From Macrostomum lignano (lineage: Eukaryota): 64,000 nt of DNA. The stretch is from positions 1 to 64,000 of the forward strand of contig NIVC01002678.1 of assembly GCA_002269645.1 (NCBI GenBank). The letters run 5' to 3'. Each line of letters opens with the position of its first letter. Positions within the stretch are counted from its first letter, which is position 1. The notes beneath the pieces are model-generated. The model saw only the letters and a list, made by a program, of their open reading frames with translations. It did not search any database and had not been told where the DNA came from. A program made the translations under genes and the position numbers. Shown here piece after piece: positions 1 through 10,763 of the stretch.

Positions 1-192
1 CTTGTGCTTGCGATTGGGATCAATCACCCAGCAAACCCAATGAGATCCTGGCTTATCGGTGGTGTCAAAGTTCATGATGCCGCATTCTTTTCTTAGAGGA
101 AAATCAGGCAGAGTGTCCCTCATAAATATTCCTCTAAAGTTTGGGATTTCCAGTTCGTTAGCCAAATCTTCAAGAAAGTTATTTGTCGTCAT
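1..192 (-). CDS. Adenain-like cysteine protease (Maverick PRO), N-terminal 64 aa, truncated by the window edge
   Basis: Manual translation (absent from the ORF track): MTTNNFLEDLANELEIPNFRGIFMRDTLPDFPLRKECGIMNFDTTDKPGSHWVCWVID. Contains the F-x-G-x-F-x-x-D and N-x-D...G-S/T-H-W motifs of C5/adenain proteases. Confidence 0.85.
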   Translation of the reverse strand, partial: MTTNNFLEDLANELEIPNFRGIFMRDTLPDFPLRKECGIMNFDTTDKPGSHWVCWVIDPNRKHK

Positions 193-223
193 TTTTTGAG
201 GTTTATTAAACTTTCTCTCAAAC

Positions 224-3200
224 CTAAACCCAATATCCACCTCCTAAACCTAACCTCCAGTGCCCGAACGGTAGACTGTTAATATTGTCATCAAAAATGA
301 ATCTCTTGTTATCTGCACCTGACAGTCCAATCTTTTTTGCTGAATTGTGTGAATAATATGGTTTTTAGATTGTAGCTTTGAGAACTCATGTGATGTCTTT
401 TTGTTGCAATTCAAGGCGTCTCTGTATTCAGCTTCATTAATTTCCTTCCTAACCACACGTTTCGGAATTCCCTTTGATTTTTTATTGGGTCTGACGACTC
501 ACATTTTATAAAATAGGACTTTGCTCTCAACCCAATGAATTCAGTGATTATGTCACCAGCAATCTCGTCCTTCATTTTCCCAATCACTTTCTTGTTAGTG
601 GCGTCAAACATTTGATCGCCATTCTGTGTCCTGCAAGATTCGTCATACTCAGACAAGTCAAACAAATCTTTTTGCTGCAGCATGTCCTGATAAATGTCTT
701 CTGTTTGAATGTCCATAATAAAACTGTCTGTGTCGGTGTACAAGAGTTTCATTTTATCCTTGTACTGCTGCTTCATGCCATAGAAGAACTGGTACATCAG
801 ACGTTTTGATTCGTCGAGAACAGTGACACCTGTATAGATCGGCTTGCGCAGCGTCACCTTGGTTTTGTAAAATATGATCACACCTAAGTAGCTATTAAAG
901 ATATGGAGTTCTTTGAATGTTGGCTTTGACATATTTGCCTGAATAACAGCAGGCTCTGATGAGGTAACAAGTTTCAGGTTTGTTCTTTTCCGCTCATTCT
1001 CAAGAGTCTTGCCATAGACAGAGTTGTTGGCCAACTTAAAGAGGTTCTTGTCAAAGTCGTTGGTTGCTTTGGTCCTAAACTGGGTGTTCTTATCAATGTA
1101 GGGTTTCATCCACGCTTCCTCTGTAAATGTAAGAGCCCGTGAACTTTGGTGACCCTGCAACCAAGTGAGATAAAATACTGAAGCAGTTTGTAATGGATTT
1201 TGTAACGTGTCTTGTTGTTTAGATTCTGTGTTAGTTTCTCTGTATGTTCTTTTTCTGTTCCTGACAGGTGCCAAGTTCCATTATTATCATTGGGAGTTTC
1301 GATTATTTTCGGGCACTTGATGTTCTCTGGGAAGGGTGGAAAGTCAGAGAAATAGTCGTGAAGCTCTGGTGGAATGTAAACATCAACCTCATAAATGGCA
1401 GCCAATGAAAAGTCCCATTTAATTCTGATGAGGGTAGCCATCGAAAATCTCTAACTGGAAGATCTTGACTCATCGCCCACCCGTAGAGATTATTAGCGTC
1501 CAAGTAAGTAATGTAGTTTGAGGGCTGCTCCTTATTGTAAGATTCAATGTAGGGATTGTTTGCTTTTGCATACCTGTTAACACAAATTGAGATTCCCCCT
1601 CGCTTTGACGATTCGACAAAATTGTACATGTCAATGTCTGTAAGAAGTTCAATGTACCAATCTGGATCTTGATCCCATTTCATTTTAAGCAAAGATTCCC
1701 AGCTAGTGGCAGGCAGAGACACATAATGTGCTGGATCGAGGCCATATGCTGTGTACCAGGTATCTGAAGGTTTCAAACACATCAGCCAGCAGAAACACAT
1801 CTGTGAAGAGGTAAAGCAGGTGATACTGGAAGAAGTTTTGACAATTAAAGTAATTATAGACATGCTTCGCGTGCTCATAGTCTTTGTCAGAGATTCCAGA
1901 GTCTGTTAGCTTTGAAAAGAACTTCTCCTGTGGTGGTAAACCTTCTTCAAATACGTGATACCCAGTAATATTTTCATAGGGGTAGAAGCCTTTCTTCTAA
2001 GTTTAAATGATTCATCAGTGTTGTTAATTTTACTTGCAAACATCTTTGTATATGTACATTGTTCATCTTTTAGATTCTTGCTTAGTTCGTCTAGACTGGC
2101 AGCTAGAAATTGATATGAATCCTTCAGTCTTATTTTACCTGTACCCGAATTATCCTGTTTAATATCAACACACTTAAACTTCTCCTTGTTCTCTGCGATG
2201 CAATCAAGGTGTATGTCTGGAATCATGCCGATTTTTTCAACTATTAAATGCATGTCATAGTTCTTTGCGTTGTGACAAAATATCGTTAGATCATGAATGT
2301 TCGATTTTAGCTTTAGATTACAGGTGTTATGCGCTGCACCTCTAAATTTCCCAGTAAAGTGGCAGTGGTCCCTAACGGTGGGGTTTTTAATATATAGTGC
2401 AAGTTAAATGTTTCCTGCAGATGTGGCAATGAGTTGCTGATAGGAAATTGCTTTCATCCTCCTCAGTCATCATTATTGGAACAGGTTGAAGGGTGCTAAT
2501 CACTTTTTGCAACTCTAACATTCTGGCAATAAACTGCTCCACACACTGCTCTCCAAAGAAATAATTATACTCAACAAGTCCTTTTGTATTAATAAAGGCA
2601 TATGCTACTGAATTGGGGATATGTTTTTGAGTTTGAGTTTGTTTTTGAGTTGAGTTTGTTTTTGAGTTGGAGTTTGTTTTTGAGTTTCTGGCACGATTGA
2701 GCATTCGAAATCAGCATATACAACAAATGGGAGCTTCTCCATCTTGTGATAGTTCTTAAACCGGAGATACTTCTCTTCAGCTGAAGGAAGAGAGCAGTTT
2801 GTCGGGTGATCCTCGCATGATAATTCATGCTCTGCTAGTTTTTCAAAGCGTTCAGGTCCACTGTAATGCTTAAGGCACAAGCGGCAGATGGCAACAGCCT
2901 CGTGATGATTATTCAACTGCTTGTGAATGAGTCTTGAAAGATCTTTAATCCAAACATAGTGAGCCTCCTCTAGTAAATTACCAATCACTAGAAGATCCAC
3001 TTCAGTCCGCCTTTTCCCCTCGGGATCTAAAACGTCTTTGCTACATCTGACCGGTTGAACTTTCTCAGTTTTTCACTCCACTCAAAGACTGTGATTCTAA
3101 TTTTGTTATTAAACACTTCTTCTAGCTTTGGGATCTGAGAGATCGCCAAGCCTCCTTTGTCAAACCTGATTCCCTTCTTTTCGCATTCATGAGATAGTAG

Positions 3201-4090
3201 TTGAAATAATTTTGATAATTTGAGGTTCTTTCGGGGTGGTGAGGGACACTAAAAAGTGCAGAAAGAACTGCCCATAGAGCACAGCAATTGTCTTTATTTT
3301 TAACATTTATGCAAGCTTTTTTACCGGCTAGCTTATGCGGGAGCTCTATATAAGAGGAGGCTTTAAGTGGGTCATATTTCATGACCTGACAGTCGCTCTT
3401 TGAATCCCTCCCACGACCCATCCGGAACCTCTGGATGTAAACGCTTCAATTTTCTTATTGACATCTTGAAGGAAAGGATCCAGTGTGTCTGTTGGGGTGA
3501 ATGGCTTTGCCTTTGTTGTCATGTAATACTCGAGATGCTCAGTGGGTTTTGCAGGCATATAAAACGCAATCTTGAATGATATCTGTAGTTTAAAGTCTTG
3601 CGTGTTTTGAGTGTGTGATCAACAACTGATTGGATGCTGTCTTTATAGTCGTAGATGTTTGCGGTGGTACCGTTGGTGCCGTTAATTGGGATTGTGTACT
3701 CTATGTAATGTTCTGTAAACTTCGTCTGTGCAAAATTAATCTCTTCAGTGGCAAGCTCCGACTCTTTTAAATGGATTAATTGCTCTAATTTCTCTTGTTC
3801 CTGCTTATTTTGTGGGTACTTTGCTTTTTCACCAGTGAGAGTTTCATATTTGTTAACTAAGTTGCGACTCCTCTCTTGGTGTTCCTTTGCAGAATTTTTA
3901 TAGGCGCATACTGGTTTGATTCTAATTGATTGATGATTTCCAACTGTTTTTCATAGCTTCCCAGGTGACCAGGGTCGGTGTTGAACTTTTGTTTGCATGC
4001 TTCTCTTAGTGAATTACTTTTGTCTTGAAATGAGACGCCTTTTGAAAAATATTTGTTGACTAAATCTCTTGCTGGATTAGCTTTTGGCAT
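224..4090 (-). CDS. Protein-primed family B DNA polymerase with endonuclease-VII-like Zn/HNH insert; broken by multiple 1-bp frameshifts
   Basis: Consecutive ORF pieces carry IEAFTSRGSGW, KYDPLKASSYIELP...INVKNKDNCC, CRLC, CHIC...RDHCHFTGKFRGAAHNTCN, LKDSYQFL, YLDANNLYGWAM, KLANNSVYGK, YTDTDS, IGKMKDE and FIGLRAKSY. Probable start is MPKANP at 4090; stop TAG at 226-224. Confidence 0.92.
2622..2686 (-). repeat. 18-bp coding tandem repeat (ACTCAAAAACAAACTCMA, ~3.6 units) inside pPolB
   Basis: Encodes TQKQT(P/Q). One unit is 17 bp and causes the frameshift between ORFs 2605..3000 and 2387..2704. Confidence 0.85.
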
Positions 4091-4281
4091 TTTTCTCGAA
4101 AATATAAAAAAAATTTTGAGGGTGACCACCCTGATAGAAAAGTTGAACTGTTTCTACATCCTATAAGTAGTATTAGGTTTATGAAGCTGGATAAAGTGGG
4201 GTTTTAAACCTCATCACATCCGCATTATTGTAAACCCAGCATTGTGCAGTGTCATGATGGCTTTGACAATGTCAGACTTGC

Positions 4282-4659
4282 TTATAGAATTTTCATTCTC
4301 ACAATCATCACGATCGGGCAGCCCTCTCCTGCCTTAATTGTTATACCTTTGTCTCTTGCAATCTTTTGCAATTCCAGCTGGTGGGCTCTATCATTCCCAG
4401 CTTTAACAGCAGTTGCTACACCTCCAGCTACACCACCTGCGGCACTTACAGCGCCTGCAATGATCGGAATAAGAGCTGCTAATGGTAGGATTCCTCCTGA
4501 CTTTTCATCTGTGATGCTGTGTCTTTGTTCATTACACTGAACTATTTGCTGCGTGGGATCGATTTTTACTTTGACACCTTTAATTGATATAATACCTGGT
4601 TTCTTTGATTCAATGATATTATTGAGTTTATTGAGGGTTCTAGTTTCAATCTTTGTCAT
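4282..4659 (-). CDS. Adenovirus pX/mu-like small virion core protein precursor
   Basis: GG-ILPLAALIPIIAGAVSAAGGVAG closely resembles the adenoviral pX C-terminal hydrophobic segment (GGILPLLIPLIAAAIGA) and follows a basic N-terminus. Confidence 0.7.
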   Translation of the reverse strand: MTKIETRTLNKLNNIIESKKPGIISIKGVKVKIDPTQQIVQCNEQRHSITDEKSGGILPLAALIPIIAGAVSAAGGVAGGVATAVKAGNDRAHQLELQKIARDKGITIKAGEGCPIVMIVRMKIL

Positions 4660-4675
4660 TTTTTATTTTAATATT

Positions 4676-5713
4676 TTAATTAATTTCTGTGTCAGCTGGT
4701 ATCACTAGGAGTTCAGCTCTAGTGAATGACCGCGTGGGGGATTTAGGGTTAAAGGCTTGAGATAAAAAGTAATAGTCACCGGAGTCGGAGGTAAAATGTC
4801 TGTCTATTTTATGCACATCAAGGCTGAAGTATGGATCTGTAGCTCTTCTTTTGGTGTCCTTCTCTAGCTCTCCAGGTAGATATAAAAAGCGTAGAAACTC
4901 AGAGTTTGTCAGTATGTATGGTGATTCAACTCCTGGAAGCTTAGGGTAGTTCGAGGTGTGTTTTGTGTTGTGTGTGTTGTGTGGGGTTGTCGTGTTGTTG
5001 TCTGTTCTATGAGATGCCTTAAGTTCGACAGTGTCTTGTTTAATTGCATGGGATGGTTTCAATCCAGTCATGCGTGTGACTTCATTGTTCAGTTGCTCTA
5101 TAACAGTGGGGAGTCTTTCTGTCCACTTGGTATAGTACTGCCCCGCACTCAGTTTGAGTTCTTGCGCTGTCTGCTTAGTGAATAGTCTCTTGGCTAGAGT
5201 TAGATTGAATCTTTCCACAAAAGCCTGGTCTCTGTGCAAGTTTGTTCTGCCATAGCGAATCTCTGTGTTTTTCTTTTCCATAAGGGATTTCACTACACCC
5301 ATGAATTCCTTACCCGGGTCGGTCATAAAGATTTGGGGGTATGTGAGCGGAGAGTTTTTATAAATATCTTGCAGTGCGCTGGCAACAACCTCTGACTTCT
5401 TCGTCTTGAGTGGGCGAGCTTCCTTATATCTGGAAGCAATGTCAATAATTGTAAGAGCATACTTGTAGCCTGAGTCATTGGGGAGAAACAAAAGATCTGC
5501 TTGGTGCGCTTCATTAGGTTTATAAATACTGAAATGGGGCCTTTCAAATTTTACTGGTGGGAAATAGACTTGAAAGACAGCCTGCTTAGAGAGCCATTTT
5601 TCTACTGTAGCTTTTGGTTCCTTACTCAGCTCCATGAGTTTACTAACGGCATTTTTGCCTACAAAGAATCCTTTGTCGCTGTAGTAGAGTTTTTTAAGTT
5701 TCTGATCTGTCAT
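4676..5713 (-). CDS. Retroviral-like (rve/c-int) integrase of the Maverick, intact 345 aa
   Basis: DDE triad in HQADL, TDPGKEF and VERFN; uninterrupted ORF. Confidence 0.93.
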   Translation of the reverse strand: MTDQKLKKLYYSDKGFFVGKNAVSKLMELSKEPKATVEKWLSKQAVFQVYFPPVKFERPHFSIYKPNEAHQADLLFLPNDSGYKYALTIIDIASRYKEARPLKTKKSEVVASALQDIYKNSPLTYPQIFMTDPGKEFMGVVKSLMEKKNTEIRYGRTNLHRDQAFVERFNLTLAKRLFTKQTAQELKLSAGQYYTKWTERLPTVIEQLNNEVTRMTGLKPSHAIKQDTVELKASHRTDNNTTTPHNTHNTKHTSNYPKLPGVESPYILTNSEFLRFLYLPGELEKDTKRRATDPYFSLDVHKIDRHFTSDSGDYYFLSQAFNPKSPTRSFTRAELLVIPADTEIN

Positions 5714-5743
5714 TTATTTAAAAAGAAAATTTTAAATAAAATA

Positions 5744-6229
5744 ATGCAGCGCTCTGGTGGTAAGTTAGATTCACATGGACTGATAGAAAAGCTTCCTCAT
5801 CCGAACAAAGGCTGGACACTTCCCGGCTATAAATATTGCGGGCCTTTGAATCCACTTGAAATACAGCTAGATAAAAACAATAATCCACATCCTGGGCATG
5901 AGCCTGTGAACGAGCTAGACTCTGTCTGCATGTGGCACGATGTTAAATATAGAGATTTTCCTGAGGAGAAGAATCGCTGGGACAAAGAAATGCTTAAGAG
6001 ACTAGACAATATAGGGGCTTCAAGCGGGTGGAAGGAGTCGATCGCTCGGAAGCTAGTTAAAGCTGTTATTTTTAGTAAGACAAAACTGGGGTTGGGGGTG
6101 TACGCCGAGGGCGGGTGTTTGGGGAGAGAGGGCGAGTGCACGGGGAGAGAGGGCGAACGCACGGGAGCCGGGTTTATTTTGTGCGCACCTCACAAGGTAC
6201 TAGGAAGACTGCTGAAAGAGCTGGGGTAG
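5744..6229 (+). CDS. Parvovirus VP1u-type phospholipase A2 (PLA2X-like)
   Basis: LPGYKYCGP Ca-loop and LDSVCMWHDVKY (HDxxY) motifs; C-terminal KTKLGLG. First ATG is at 5744; the tail after LGLGV looks repeat-derived. Confidence 0.85.
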   Translation: MQRSGGKLDSHGLIEKLPHPNKGWTLPGYKYCGPLNPLEIQLDKNNNPHPGHEPVNELDSVCMWHDVKYRDFPEEKNRWDKEMLKRLDNIGASSGWKESIARKLVKAVIFSKTKLGLGVYAEGGCLGREGECTGREGERTGAGFILCAPHKVLGRLLKELG

Positions 6230-6910
6230 AAAGGGGCGCTTGAATCGGGAAGGGCATGAGCAAGTGTGGATTTGAGTAAGTACAGTTTTTTATTCCCTAA
6301 AGAGTTGCGCACAAGAGAGATTCTCATTCTCCAGAGAGCTAAGAGCAGAAAATAAAAAGTCAACCGCTTCGCCGCCATTAGCATGCATGGACTGTGTATG
6401 TTTGATTGATATTGATTATTGGCCAAATTGCGAGGCCAGTTGGCCCGCCGAGTTGGCCTCGGCCCGCCGATTTGGCCTCGGAATGTGGCCCGCCTAGTTG
6501 GTCTCTACGGTATGAAGATATGGGGGGAGTAGAGAGAGGCGTTTGAGTCGGGAAGGGTTTAACTATTATTCTCAGCCCTGGCCGAACGCAACAGCTGCAT
6601 TTGAAAAGTTGAGAAGCAGAGAGAGGTTATGTGGTTGATCGACTGCTATTTGCTTAAGGAGCGTAGCCTTTTAATCGATTTTGCGAATGTACAACTTCCA
6701 CGCATGCTTTCCTTTCCGCTTTGGCAACCCCAATCAACCAGTCAGTTCATAGCACGAAAGACTACCTAGTGTGGAGACGGCTTTCCTTTCCAATTGCCAA
6801 AATATTGGCGCGGCGCAGCAACCACTACCACCTCAAACCCTACATGACGGTTTTTAAGTATAGGCGGAAGCCAGCCAGCCCTCTTCACTCAATTCCTATT
6901 AGAAAACGCA

Positions 6911-7549
6911 ATGGCTGAAAGAATTACAGTTAGAACCGCTCGACTTAACGCATTTGTGAACGATTTGATTAATTTAACACCTTTAGAGCAGAGAGATGGA
7001 CTCCAACAATTGTTTGAAAATTTCAAAGAAGAGGAAATACAGCACGATTTGGCTCGCATGGAAGGACAAACCCAACGCGATATTTCCACCTACGAAGCAC
7101 GAGTAGCTGCTGTTTTCCAGCGCCTTCGTGCTTCGTATGGAGTCGAAGTTCAAGCGCCAACAAGGGAGCTATCAGTTATCGAGGAAAGTATGCACGCGTT
7201 GAACTTTCGTCATCTACCCACTGTTCTACCCACTGTACAGAACATGCTGGTGGAATTATTTCAGCATGAGAATTTTTATGATAAGCGCACATTAATTGTG
7301 TCATTTTACATCGGCTCCATCATTCACCGGCTCAAACGTACACTAAAGTCGGTTCGGAATATAATTCGACGGCTTAATCTACAAGTATCGAGGCAGACTT
7401 TGGACAAGAAGTTGAGAGTGTACGACTTATTGACAGAATTTCCGGCCTTACAACGCTGCGCCGTACCAGTTAGCTTCGTTCTGGAAAATATGAAGCTCAT
7501 TCGGGACGAGGTTCGCTACCAGGCGGATGCGGCGATGTGGAGACAGTGA
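6911..7549 (+). CDS. Hypothetical 212-aa Maverick-associated protein, helical, basic C-terminal half
   Basis: Clean ATG-TGA ORF with normal composition inside the element; no recognised motif. Confidence 0.65.
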   Translation: MAERITVRTARLNAFVNDLINLTPLEQRDGLQQLFENFKEEEIQHDLARMEGQTQRDISTYEARVAAVFQRLRASYGVEVQAPTRELSVIEESMHALNFRHLPTVLPTVQNMLVELFQHENFYDKRTLIVSFYIGSIIHRLKRTLKSVRNIIRRLNLQVSRQTLDKKLRVYDLLTEFPALQRCAVPVSFVLENMKLIRDEVRYQADAAMWRQ

Positions 7550-7568
7550 CGGTTACGGGTTATGACTT

Positions 7569-7952
7569 AGCCAATTTTAAATTGAGACGATCGCAATATC
7601 AGTCTTGAGTTATTTTTAGTAACAAGTCATTTCCACTCTCTCTTTAGTATAATCTTATCAACCAATGAGAACGCTTAGAATGGCTACCAGTGGGGCCAGC
7701 CAATTTTAAATACGACCGTATTAGCAGTCTTGAGTTATTTTTAGTAACAAGTCATTTCCACTCTCTCTTTAGTATAATCTTATCAACCAATGAGAACGCT
7801 TAGAATGGCTACCAGTGGGGCCAGCCAATTTTAAATTGACACGATCGCAATATCTGTCTTGAGTTATTTTTAGTAACAAGTCATTTCCACTCTCTCTTTA
7901 GTATAATCTTATCAACCAATGAGAACGCTTAGAATGGCTACCAGTGGGGCCA
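7569..7952 (+). repeat. Tandem repeat, ~127 bp x3, each unit with a CCAAT box
   Basis: Units start at 7569, 7698 and 7823 (AGCCAATTTTAAA...ACCAATGAGAACG...CAGTGGGGCC). Probably subterminal repeats of the Maverick. Confidence 0.9.
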
Positions 7953-8341
7953 TTTTTAAATGTTAGTACTTTCACACGCCTAACGCAATTGCCTAATTAT
8001 TTCTGCAAAGTTATAGTAGCTGTGACGATGTCGTTAGCATCTTAAATTTTTAGTTTCTATCTGAGTTTTTATTACTTCAAATTATTGTAGTTGATTAATT
8101 TGCAGGTTTCCCAGCTATTAATTCAATGTAATTTATTTAGAAAAAAATGTACTTGAAGTTTTATTTATTTCAGTCCAAGTTGTTATTACTTTTTTGATAG
8201 ACATCTTGACAATTTAAATTGTTACCTCGCGCTCGTTTTTTGTACTCTCCTCAACTCGGCATTTTGTCTCGTACCATGCGTGTCAACACTACTAATAACT
8301 GAACTAGCTAACCAATAAATAAATAACTAATAAATAAACAA

Positions 8342-8596
8342 CTAATAATTAATTAATCGCTGACTACATCTCGAACTCGCTACGTCACAGTAGCTGTCGT
8401 AATCTTTTACGTAGGTTACTCCATACTTATGAAACCAGTGTCTTTGGAGAGCTAGATTAATATTAGGGACATTGATATCAACGTCGGGCCAATATTTTCT
8501 CATGTACTCGCTGCATTCTAGTTTGCATCGGTACTTACTCTTGTAATTAGGCTCGTGCGCTTTGTAATAAGAACCTGGAGAGACAACTGGAAACAT
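8342..8596 (-). CDS. Small hypothetical protein (84 aa, Tyr/Cys/Lys-rich)
   Basis: ATG ORF in an AT-rich context with protein-like composition; no motif recognised. Confidence 0.3.
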   Translation of the reverse strand: MFPVVSPGSYYKAHEPNYKSKYRCKLECSEYMRKYWPDVDINVPNINLALQRHWFHKYGVTYVKDYDSYCDVASSRCSQRLINY

Positions 8597-8809
8597 TTTT
8601 AGAGAAAATTTAATTTTTTTTTCAAAGGGTAAGGACCCTGGGTTAGGGGGTTTAAAGTTTTAGGGATCTGGTTTCATGTTGCGAATTGAATGTGGGGAGA
8701 AGAATGCATATTTTTTTCTGATTGTTTCGAAGATGCTATGGATGGATGTCAGTGGATTATGTCTGTGTCAGTGAGCATAACAGGTATCAGTGGACCCATA
8801 TTCCCATAT

Positions 8810-9097
8810 TCTGTCAGTCATAATATGGATGGATTTAATGGGATTAAAGTTTTCGGAGCAAGTGCGGCCCCTCCCCTTTTTCATGATTCTTTCGGGGATA
8901 ATATGGATGGATTTAATGGGATTATGGAGGACGTTTTGTGAGCGGGTGCGACCCCCCTTTTTTTTCTTATTCTGTCAGGGATAATATGGAAGGATTTAGG
9001 TGGATTATGGAGGACGTTTTGTTAGCGAGTGCGACCCCCCTTTTTTTCTGATTCTGTCAGGGATAATATGGATGGATTTAGGTGGATTATGGAGGAG
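8810..9097 (+). repeat. Imperfect tandem repeat, ~80 bp x3.5
   Basis: GATAATATGGATGGATTTA..GGATTATGGAGGACGTTTT...GTGCGACCCCCCTTTTTTT recurs. Confidence 0.85.
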
Positions 9098-10448
9098 GTG
9101 AAAAATTTTGTCCCAGAAGCCCCCTCATGCCTTCTACTCCCGCAGAAAGAATCGTGTGTCTAGCTTAATCTGCTTTCCAGATATTCGTATTTCAAAGGCG
9201 GCGTTTTTATTAATTTGTTTATTTTTATTTATTTACAATTTCGCGCTGCAGGCGCTGATTTGTTGCCCTGCAGCAAATGCATGTGTGCAAAGCAGTAAAA
9301 ACCAAAAGTAAGAGTAAAAAAATAAGCAAAAAAGTGCAAAATGTGGATGGGCCAGATACCATTGCTGCTTCCCACTTAAAAAAGTGGGGGAAGCCATGCC
9401 TTACTGTCCTCGCCCCGTTTCTTCACCTAAAGTTTGGATTTAATTATAATTTATAATTTTTATTTTTATTTTTATTTTAGATTTAATTTTTAGTATATTT
9501 TCATTGACAACTTACTGTCTCTTTGCATGCCCACAAACCGTTTCTGACGTTGGGTTGTAAATTACAGAAACAATATGCATGGTAAGAATAGAGAATATAC
9601 TATGAAAATGAAGCATTTTTGGAAGTGCTGTGTGTGTTACAGGGGCATTGCAATCAATATACATACAAACATACATTCGTGCTTTAAGTGTGCTGCGTTC
9701 GAGAGCAGTAATTTGTCTACTCGTGTATACACAAAATTCGCAGTATACTTCTAATTGAAATATAATTTTGCATTACTCAAAAGTAACAAGGGCGAACCTC
9801 GTTGGACTCACAAAGGTGCTGACTTTTTCCCCTCTGCTTCCTAACTGGCACCATAGATGCTATCTTTAGAAGAACTCCTTTGCTTTGGGGCCCAAATCTA
9901 AGTTGATATTGCTATTCCCATGGCCTCAAATTTTTGACATCTACTCTGCCCCCCCCCCTGTATCTATCTGCCCTCATAAGTATGAGCACCGAGTGGCAAA
10001 ATTTATCAAAGCAGAAGCTTTACAACTTTAAGTCAGAGGCAGTCTAGTTGTATGTGCTATCAGAATAAAAAGGGGATACTTGGATTGGGCCTGTCCAAGG
10101 AATCCTCTATACCTATTTCTACCTTTCCTTTTAAATCTTGTAAAAGAAGATTTCTTTGAAGCATTTCTAGAGAAAGGGCTTCGGTATAGACGATTCATTA
10201 GCCTGTCACCACTAGCCCTGTCCCAGGGAAGAAAGCCTGGAGTGGAGTGAACAAAGAGGCAAGCCTGGGAAGGGGGCACTAAGGGTCCCATAGTATTTTT
10301 TGCCGTTGGGCAGATGTTACCTCTAGTCAAGCTCGCAAATAAAGTGGAAGAATGCTTTATAATATTTAGACTAAGCTAAGCTGGTCTGTGATTTAGACTG
10401 ATGAAACGAGCACACACAACAAACTGGGGGCTGAGTGGGGGGTTGTGG

Positions 10449-10763
10449 CACAGACCATATAGAATATAGACTGCGAATCTCGGGGGCCTGCCCAGGCGCG
10501 TTGTGGGACAAAAAACAACACAAAAATGGTCCTTCCCCAAAGCCCCACTTCGATCGATATGTGGTACAAAAAATTAGGCTGTCTCTTTTCTAGCGGGCCA
10601 GTGCTTGAAATTTACTCAGTATAAAGGGTGTTAAAACCCCCGGGGAGGCAAAAAAATAGTTCCTTGCAAAAAGGGGAAGGACTATTTTTGTGTTGCTTTC
10701 TTGTCCCACAACGCGCCTGGGCAGGCCCCCGAGATTCGCAGTCTATATTCTATAGGGTCTGTG
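10449..10763. mobile_element. MITE, 315 bp with ~90-bp terminal inverted repeats
   Basis: CACAGACCATATAGAATATAGACTGCGAATCTCGGGGGCCTGCCCAGGCGCG... at 10449 is the reverse complement of ~10673-10763. Flanks ggttgtgg / ggttgcag may be a decayed 8-bp TSD. Confidence 0.85.

Larger units (their letters stand above)
1..8293 (-). mobile_element. Maverick/Polinton (adintovirus-like) endogenous element, one arm; continues off the window start
   Basis: Compact intronless cluster of adenain-like protease, pPolB, pX-like protein, rve integrase and PLA2. The right boundary is tentative: ACTACT at 8288-8293 reads AGTAGT on the minus strand, a typical Maverick terminus, but the element may extend to ~9.1-9.4 kb. 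Capsid and ATPase genes are not in the window. Confidence 0.9.

Noticed and set aside
5501-5743. N-terminal 81-aa extension of the PLA2 ORF
   Set aside because: It overlaps the integrase antisense and starts at a non-ATG codon; ATG 5744 is more plausible.
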